Part shown: positions 58,626-64,000 of the stretch, piece after piece
Numbering within the stretch: the stretch's first letter is position 1
Layout: each line of letters begins with the position of its first letter
Assembly: GCA_965215015.1 (NCBI GenBank)
Contig: OZ244042.1
Coordinates: 5,056,001 to 5,120,000 of the forward strand
Source: Candidatus Poribacteria bacterium
GTDB lineage: Bacteria > Poribacteria > WGA-4E > PCPOR2b
DNA length: 64,000 nt
Direction of reading: 5' to 3'
The notes under the pieces: model-generated
What the model saw: the letters and a program-made list of their open reading frames with translations, nothing else
What the model was told of the DNA's origin: nothing
Databases searched by the model: none
Translations under genes and position numbers: made by a program

Positions 58626-58910
58626 TTGTCTGAATCACGGATTCGACAGATTGAGCGAAAAACATGGATAATCCAATAGGGCAACCATGAGGGTTGCCCT
58701 CCTGTAGGTCAATTTTCCAAAATCGAAAAGACCGAGAACATTGCGCTATAGAATACCGGACACTGTTACGCCACACGATTGGCTCAATCCGCCCGGCACA
58801 TTACGCGAGAGTCCGGGTGTTTTGTCGAGCTATGAATCTCGACCAACTAACAGCATTTGTGGAATTGGCGGCAGTAAGATGTCAACACGCCCTAGCAACT
58901 TGAGTTAATA
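58626..58910. repeat. Intergenic mosaic of repeat modules
   Basis: 58626-58643 ~ reverse complement of 56886-56903; 58704-58725 = reverse complement of 33797-33818; 58751-58830 ~ 62041-62110 and reverse complement of 39787-39868; tagcaacttgagtta also at about 62153. Confidence 0.75.
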
Positions 58911-58925
58911 AATCTAAACGTTCGA

Positions 58926-59657
58926 CTACTTGGGACCGTCCAACAACCCTCGCAGTACCGGCAGGTCCGTTTTGTACGCATCAACGGTCGAGTTTGGAGC
59001 ACTGTTATCCTCGGGATGTGGCGTCGGGTTGCTCCACCCCTGATAATGTCCACCCCACAGGTGCCGTAGTTCGGAAGAACTCCCGCGCTTGGAGCAATGC
59101 CATACAGCAGTGTCAAAGATGACCGCCGATCCCGGCGGAACCACAACCTCCACCTGTCCTTCCCATTCCGACCCAACATCGCCTTTTGGCTCGACCGAAT
59201 GGTTTAGACCACGCGGTAGAACGATTAAGGGGCCAATGTGGGAACCGGATCCATCCACGTAGATATTGCAGAGCACCCGCTCCGGATTCTCCCGCTGAAG
59301 CCCTGTCGGGGGAATCTCCCATGCATAGTGAACGTGCCAGTTGGTGAGGGTTTCTCCTACGAGCGCGTTGTTAAAAACAGCAGCACCGCTGTGTGCAAGG
59401 CGAACATCATCCTGAAAGACCTCTGCCATAGCATCTACAACAACCGCCTTTGCAAAGAAAGGGGACATCTTCGGCCCCCACTCTAAGAGCGGGTGAAAAC
59501 TGATAGTTGGACGCTCGGACGAAAAACCGTTCTTGTCGTCACACAATTGCTTGAAAATAGTACGCATCTGTTCGCATTCCCGGTTATCATAGACTGACTC
59601 AAGCACACAATAGCCGCGTTCAATAATTTCACGCGCTTTCGATTTCAGGTCAAACAT
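58926..59657 (-). CDS. Phytanoyl-CoA dioxygenase (PhyH) family protein with HxH motif
   Basis: RGYCVLE, WHVH, GPLIVLP, PGSAVIFD..VWH; RBS ggagg. Confidence 0.78.
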   Translation of the reverse strand: MFDLKSKAREIIERGYCVLESVYDNRECEQMRTIFKQLCDDKNGFSSERPTISFHPLLEWGPKMSPFFAKAVVVDAMAEVFQDDVRLAHSGAAVFNNALVGETLTNWHVHYAWEIPPTGLQRENPERVLCNIYVDGSGSHIGPLIVLPRGLNHSVEPKGDVGSEWEGQVEVVVPPGSAVIFDTAVWHCSKRGSSSELRHLWGGHYQGWSNPTPHPEDNSAPNSTVDAYKTDLPVLRGLLDGPK

Positions 59658-59815
59658 TGTGAACACCTCCCGATTGAAAATTTAATACAGCATAGCACGG
59701 CATGGTGGCTGCGTCAATTGCCAAACGAAAAAGCTGGATTTGTGTTGAGTAAGTGCCACAGGTATGATAAGATGGCAGACATTCGCGGATTGATAGTTGA
59801 GCGAGGAGAATCGTT

Positions 59816-60643
59816 GTGATAACAACAGAACAGATTGCCCACTTCCAGACGTTCGGCTTTTTGGCATTGAAACAAGCGTTCTCTTTCGACGAGATGGCGG
59901 AGATTAGCCGGATTTTCGACAACATCCTTGAGGAAGACCGGCAGGGTCAGCCCTCCCTAGACGAGAAGCAGCAGTCAAGATACCATCGGCTACAGTCAAT
60001 CTATGGGATTGCTGGGAGAGACCCGTTGCTGACAGGACTTGTGGCAGATGACCGTATTTACGAGACTGTCTCCCAGTTGTTGGGACACGGCTGCCGCTGG
60101 CTCTGCTCTGAGGGACACCGCTACCTTGGGGATACGAAATGGCATCCAGATGGGGGGAGCACCCAAGACTACCCATTTATAAAGGTTTCATTGTATCTTG
60201 ATCCACTCATGAAAGATACCGGCTGCTTACGTGTAATCCCCGGTTCGCACCGGTCGCCGTTGCACGATGCCCTGAAAAAATTGGCAGACCGGGAGGGACC
60301 TGCAGATCGATCGACTCCACGGATTGATGTCCCCGGAACCGAGGTGCCGTCCTTTCCGCTCGAATCAAAGCCCGGAGACATCTTTTTCTTAAACATGAAT
60401 CTCTGGCACGCCTCATTTGGCGGTAAACCCGGCAGGCGTCACCTAGCGTTAAATTTCACACCTGAACCGACACATCCAGAACATATCGCAATGCTGAAGA
60501 AGGACTATCAAGGTGTCCTGAACTTGATGAAACAGGTACAGCCCGGACAGCCGGGGCGGGTGTTTTCAGATGCTTTCCTCCAGAGCGATAATCAGCGTAT
60601 TCAGCAGCTGGTGTCCACTTGGGTGGAGTTGGGATTGAAATAA
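59816..60643 (+). CDS. Phytanoyl-CoA dioxygenase (PhyH) family protein
   Basis: FQTFGFL, WHPD, GCLRVIPGSH, PGD...LWHAS...R. Confidence 0.9.
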   Translation: MITTEQIAHFQTFGFLALKQAFSFDEMAEISRIFDNILEEDRQGQPSLDEKQQSRYHRLQSIYGIAGRDPLLTGLVADDRIYETVSQLLGHGCRWLCSEGHRYLGDTKWHPDGGSTQDYPFIKVSLYLDPLMKDTGCLRVIPGSHRSPLHDALKKLADREGPADRSTPRIDVPGTEVPSFPLESKPGDIFFLNMNLWHASFGGKPGRRHLALNFTPEPTHPEHIAMLKKDYQGVLNLMKQVQPGQPGRVFSDAFLQSDNQRIQQLVSTWVELGLK

Positions 60644-60725
60644 TTCGTAAGTGTAGGGAACGTAGATCTGTGTTCCCTACACAATTGATATAGGATTTAT
60701 ATAACCATTTCATCTGCTAAAAACT

Positions 60726-61691
60726 ATGCAATATACAACACTCGGTAAGACAGGGCTTCAGGTAAGTGTGGCGGGACTTGGCTGCGGTGGATATAGCCGG
60801 TTGGGTCTGGCGACCGGCAGAAGTAAGGTTCAATCTATTGCCCTAGTCCAACAAGCCATTGACCAAGGGGTCAACTTCATCGACACAGCCCGGACCTACC
60901 GCACAGAAGCCATCGTTGGTAAGGCATTAAAGGAACGGAATCGGGACGAATTAGTGATTTCGACCAAGACTACGCTCGCTGATGACACAGGTCGAAAACC
61001 ACCGGCGCAGGTGGTCAGAGAATTGGAAGCCTCTTTGCGGAAGATGGATCTGAATTTTGTAGATGTGTTTCATCTGCACGGCGTTCAACCTTCGGGCTAC
61101 GACCATGCTGTCGAAAAAATAGTTCCTGCGCTGCTGCGGGAGCGAGAAAAAGGGAAATTCTGCTTTCTCGGTATCACGGAGGTTCCCCCCAAAGACCCCC
61201 ATCACCAGACGCTTGAACGGGCGGTTCAACAGGACTGCTTCGATGTGGTGATGGTCGCTTTCCACCTTATGCACCAATCAGCACGCGAGAAGGTTTTCAA
61301 ATACACGCTCCCGAAAGGGATAGGTGTGTTGAATATGTTTGCCGTGCGACTGTTGTTCAGCCAGCCGGGCAGATTGAATCGGGTGGTTACACAATTAGCG
61401 GAAGAGAGAAAATTGCCCGCTTGGCTGGCGGGAACAGAGGATTCGCTCGGTTTTTTGATTCACCCGGACGGTGCTCGCACGATTATTGACGCAGCATACC
61501 GGTATTGCCGTCATGAACCCGGTACGGACGTGATACTCTTCGGCACAGGCAGCCCAACCCATCTGCGGTCGAATATCGATTCCATTCTGAGCGGTCCTTT
61601 GCCAGCAGCCGATCTCGGACGGATTAAAGAGCTGTTTGGGGCATTAGTGGATGTCGGTCTAGATGCGCCGGGGAAGCAGCGTCCCACTTGA
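60726..61691 (+). CDS. Aldo/keto reductase
   Basis: LGKTGLQVS, GVNFIDTARTY, ISTK, SL......DVFHLH. Confidence 0.9.
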   Translation: MQYTTLGKTGLQVSVAGLGCGGYSRLGLATGRSKVQSIALVQQAIDQGVNFIDTARTYRTEAIVGKALKERNRDELVISTKTTLADDTGRKPPAQVVRELEASLRKMDLNFVDVFHLHGVQPSGYDHAVEKIVPALLREREKGKFCFLGITEVPPKDPHHQTLERAVQQDCFDVVMVAFHLMHQSAREKVFKYTLPKGIGVLNMFAVRLLFSQPGRLNRVVTQLAEERKLPAWLAGTEDSLGFLIHPDGARTIIDAAYRYCRHEPGTDVILFGTGSPTHLRSNIDSILSGPLPAADLGRIKELFGALVDVGLDAPGKQRPT

Positions 61692-61862
61692 AATCAATCT
61701 TTGTACCTTCCCACCAAATTTGTCTCACGGGCCTCCTTTATTCTGTTAAATAGCGTACTCTTAACTATACATCTGTCGTCCCATACCGATGCTGCAATCA
61801 GGATTTTACTGCGCTCAACTTGAGGGGATTGGGGACAATCGGTTTTTGGTAGATTAACCAAA

Positions 61863-62168
61863 GTAGTAGGCACGTCCCCCTCGAATCCCGAATCCCTACA
61901 CAGTTCTTTTCCCCTGCTTTGCCCTCCCCCTGCTTGCGGGGGGACTGAGGGGGTGGGGTTCTTAGGCGGGCTTAGCGGGCGGAAGGGGGGACGGCATACG
62001 AAGCATGCCTACTACTAGCAACACACTATGGGGCGACAAAATACCCCGAACTATTGCGTCACACGATTGGCTCAAGCCGCCCGGAACGTTACATTATAGT
62101 CCGGGTGTTTATGGCTTGGATATGTCTATCCAAGCCGATCGGATTTGACTATTAGCAACTTGAGTTAT
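61863..62168. repeat. REP/REPIN mosaic
   Basis: gtagtaggca ... tgcctactac inverted pair enclosing cccctgcttgcgggggg, followed by the 58751-type module. Confidence 0.7.
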
Positions 62169-62263
62169 TAGAATTTACTTGCAGCGTATCAAAATCTGAT
62201 ATAGAATTGGGATATTGTTAAAAATTTTTAGGGAAATTGATTTGCGATTTCAAGGAGTGATTT

Positions 62264-63217
62264 ATGGCGACAAACGCAACATTATCCATACCGCGCCGCC
62301 GTTTGGGACGGACAGAGCTGAGTATCCCCGTCGTTCCCTTTGGGACACAGGGGTTCGGTAACCATTTCGGTTTTGTTTCCGATGAGGATGCCATCGTCCT
62401 CATCAAACACGCCATCAATATCGGTGTTAACCATTTCGACTGTGCCCGCTGCTATGGAGATTCTCTCCGTAAACTCGGCCTGGCGTTGAAGGAGATACCA
62501 CGCGAGGATGTGATAATTACCGGGCGCCTTTGCTGCCATTCCGCAGCAGAATGGGGAGGTTACGGGGAGGGAAGCCCCGATTATTCTGCCGACCGTGTGA
62601 TTGCGGATGTCGAAGATCAGCTACAGTTGCTCGGTACAGACTATTTCGACGGTATGCTGATTCATGATCCGTCCGAAATTGAGCCAACGCTTGAGAAGGG
62701 GGGAACGTTAGACGGTGTGCTACAGTGCAAAGGGTCGGGGTTGGTTCATTTTGTCGGCTACGGGATGCGCCCCCACGATTTCCATCTGAAGGCTATTGCC
62801 ACCGGCGACGTCGATCTCCTCTTGTGCTTTAACGATTACAACTTAGTCCGGCAGACCGCCGCGGATACCGTTCTGCCGGCCGCCGCCGAAGCCGATGTCG
62901 GCATTATGAACGGTTGGTCAATTCTGCGTGGGTTGCTGACAGGGGTTGACATTGACGCGGAAGTAGAACAAGGGCGATGGAACAATCACCCCGACCTTGA
63001 ATCTGCAAGGGCGAGATGGAAGTGGTGCCAAGAAGAAGGAATAGATTTGCTCCAATTAGCTCTTCAGTTTTGCCTGCGGGACGATCGGATTCATGGCAAC
63101 AACATCGGTTCGCTCAACATCGAGCAGTTGGAAGCAAACGTGCGGGCGGCGAGTACGCCTCTCACCGACGAGGTATGGGAAAAATATGACGCGCAGTTCG
63201 GTGATGAGATGAACTGA
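62264..63217 (+). CDS. Aldo/keto reductase
   Basis: RRRLGRTEL, GVNHFDCARCYG, DYFD..LIHDP, QLEAN. Confidence 0.85.
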   Translation: MATNATLSIPRRRLGRTELSIPVVPFGTQGFGNHFGFVSDEDAIVLIKHAINIGVNHFDCARCYGDSLRKLGLALKEIPREDVIITGRLCCHSAAEWGGYGEGSPDYSADRVIADVEDQLQLLGTDYFDGMLIHDPSEIEPTLEKGGTLDGVLQCKGSGLVHFVGYGMRPHDFHLKAIATGDVDLLLCFNDYNLVRQTAADTVLPAAAEADVGIMNGWSILRGLLTGVDIDAEVEQGRWNNHPDLESARARWKWCQEEGIDLLQLALQFCLRDDRIHGNNIGSLNIEQLEANVRAASTPLTDEVWEKYDAQFGDEMN

Positions 63218-63257
63218 TTTTCGTCTCTCATAGGACAGCTCTGTCGAGGTAAAACCG

Positions 63258-64000
63258 ATGACTTCGCCCTCTCATTCATGGGATTTCCCACCAAAGACAC
63301 TTATATTACCAAACAACGCCGTTCACGTTTGGCGGGCCTCTTTGCATGCCTCTGCCTCCTACCTGCATACCCTTGAGAGCAAGCTCACGGCGGACGAGCG
63401 TGCAAGAGCCGAACGATTCTACTTCCAGCAACACCGGGAACACTTTATCGCCGGGCGCGGGCTGCTGCGGAATATCCTGAGCCGTTATCTGGATAGGGAA
63501 CCGAATCAGCTGCGCTTTTGTTATAATTCTTACGGAAAGCCAGCCTTGATCGAAGAGACTGACACTGAAAGACTGTGCTTCAACTTGTCTCACTCCCACG
63601 GAATAGCTCTCTACGCCATCACCCGCGGACGGGAAATCGGTATCGATATCGAGTATTTTCGTTGTGATATTGAAGCCGAGAAACTCGCTGATAGATTCTT
63701 CTCACCACGAGAGGCGACTGTCCTCCGCGCTCTCCCTGAACACTTGCGGAAAGAGGGATTCTTTAACTGTTGGACGCGCAAGGAAGCCTATATCAAGGCA
63801 GAAGGAAAGGGACTTTCCATCCCTTTGAATGCGTTCGATGTTTCGCTGATGCCGGGGGAGCCAGCAGCATTGCTGCGTACCCAAAAGCATCCCCAAGAAG
63901 CTGCCTGTTGGTCTCTGCAAGCGTTAAACCCTGCGCCCGGTTACGCAGCGGCACTTGCGGTGAAGGGACATGACTGGGAACTGAAATGTTGGCGATGGTC
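63258..64000 (+). CDS. Sfp/HetI-type 4'-phosphopantetheinyl transferase, runs off window end
   Basis: Not in the ORF track (no stop). Translation from ATG 63258 gives ERARAERF, YGKP, FNLSHSH, IGIDIE, WTRKEAYIKA.GKGL. Confidence 0.92.
   Translation, partial: MTSPSHSWDFPPKTLILPNNAVHVWRASLHASASYLHTLESKLTADERARAERFYFQQHREHFIAGRGLLRNILSRYLDREPNQLRFCYNSYGKPALIEETDTERLCFNLSHSHGIALYAITRGREIGIDIEYFRCDIEAEKLADRFFSPREATVLRALPEHLRKEGFFNCWTRKEAYIKAEGKGLSIPLNAFDVSLMPGEPAALLRTQKHPQEAACWSLQALNPAPGYAAALAVKGHDWELKCWRW

Noticed and set aside
1-64000. tRNA/rRNA genes, integrase or prophage genes
   Set aside because: None recognised by eye; a covariance-model scan would be needed to exclude small RNAs.

Overview
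Bacterial genomic window. The gene mix suggests Candidatus Poribacteria or a related PVC-like sponge symbiont (inference): a secreted cytochrome c/LRR/cohesin/dockerin/FlgD-Ig protein, PQQ-type beta-propeller paralogs, several PhyH dioxygenases, aldo-keto reductases and a DUF6785-like transporter. 1-10 kb is a LuxE-like / aldehyde dehydrogenase / Fe-ADH / PQQ-propeller / HemN-like radical SAM cluster, interrupted by a decayed AvaI/BsoBI-like R-M system and other inserts. 16-32 kb is a defence island: an IS remnant, a DUF488-DUF488-(OB-domain)-RecQ operon, and a complete type III-B (Cmr1-6) module. Its Cas10 lacks an HD domain, it has three CARF effectors (Card1/Can2-like, Csx1, and a CARF-HEPN-CARF Csx1) and its Cmr6 has an unexplained C-terminal extension. 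No cas1/cas2/cas6 or CRISPR array is visible. 32-64 kb is mostly metabolic genes plus a second R-M pair (5mC MTase + probable REase), coxD/coxE/mocA, several pseudogene remnants and intergenic regions built from nested REP/MITE-like repeats. It ends in a truncated Sfp-type PPTase. All family calls come from motif recognition by eye, not database searches.
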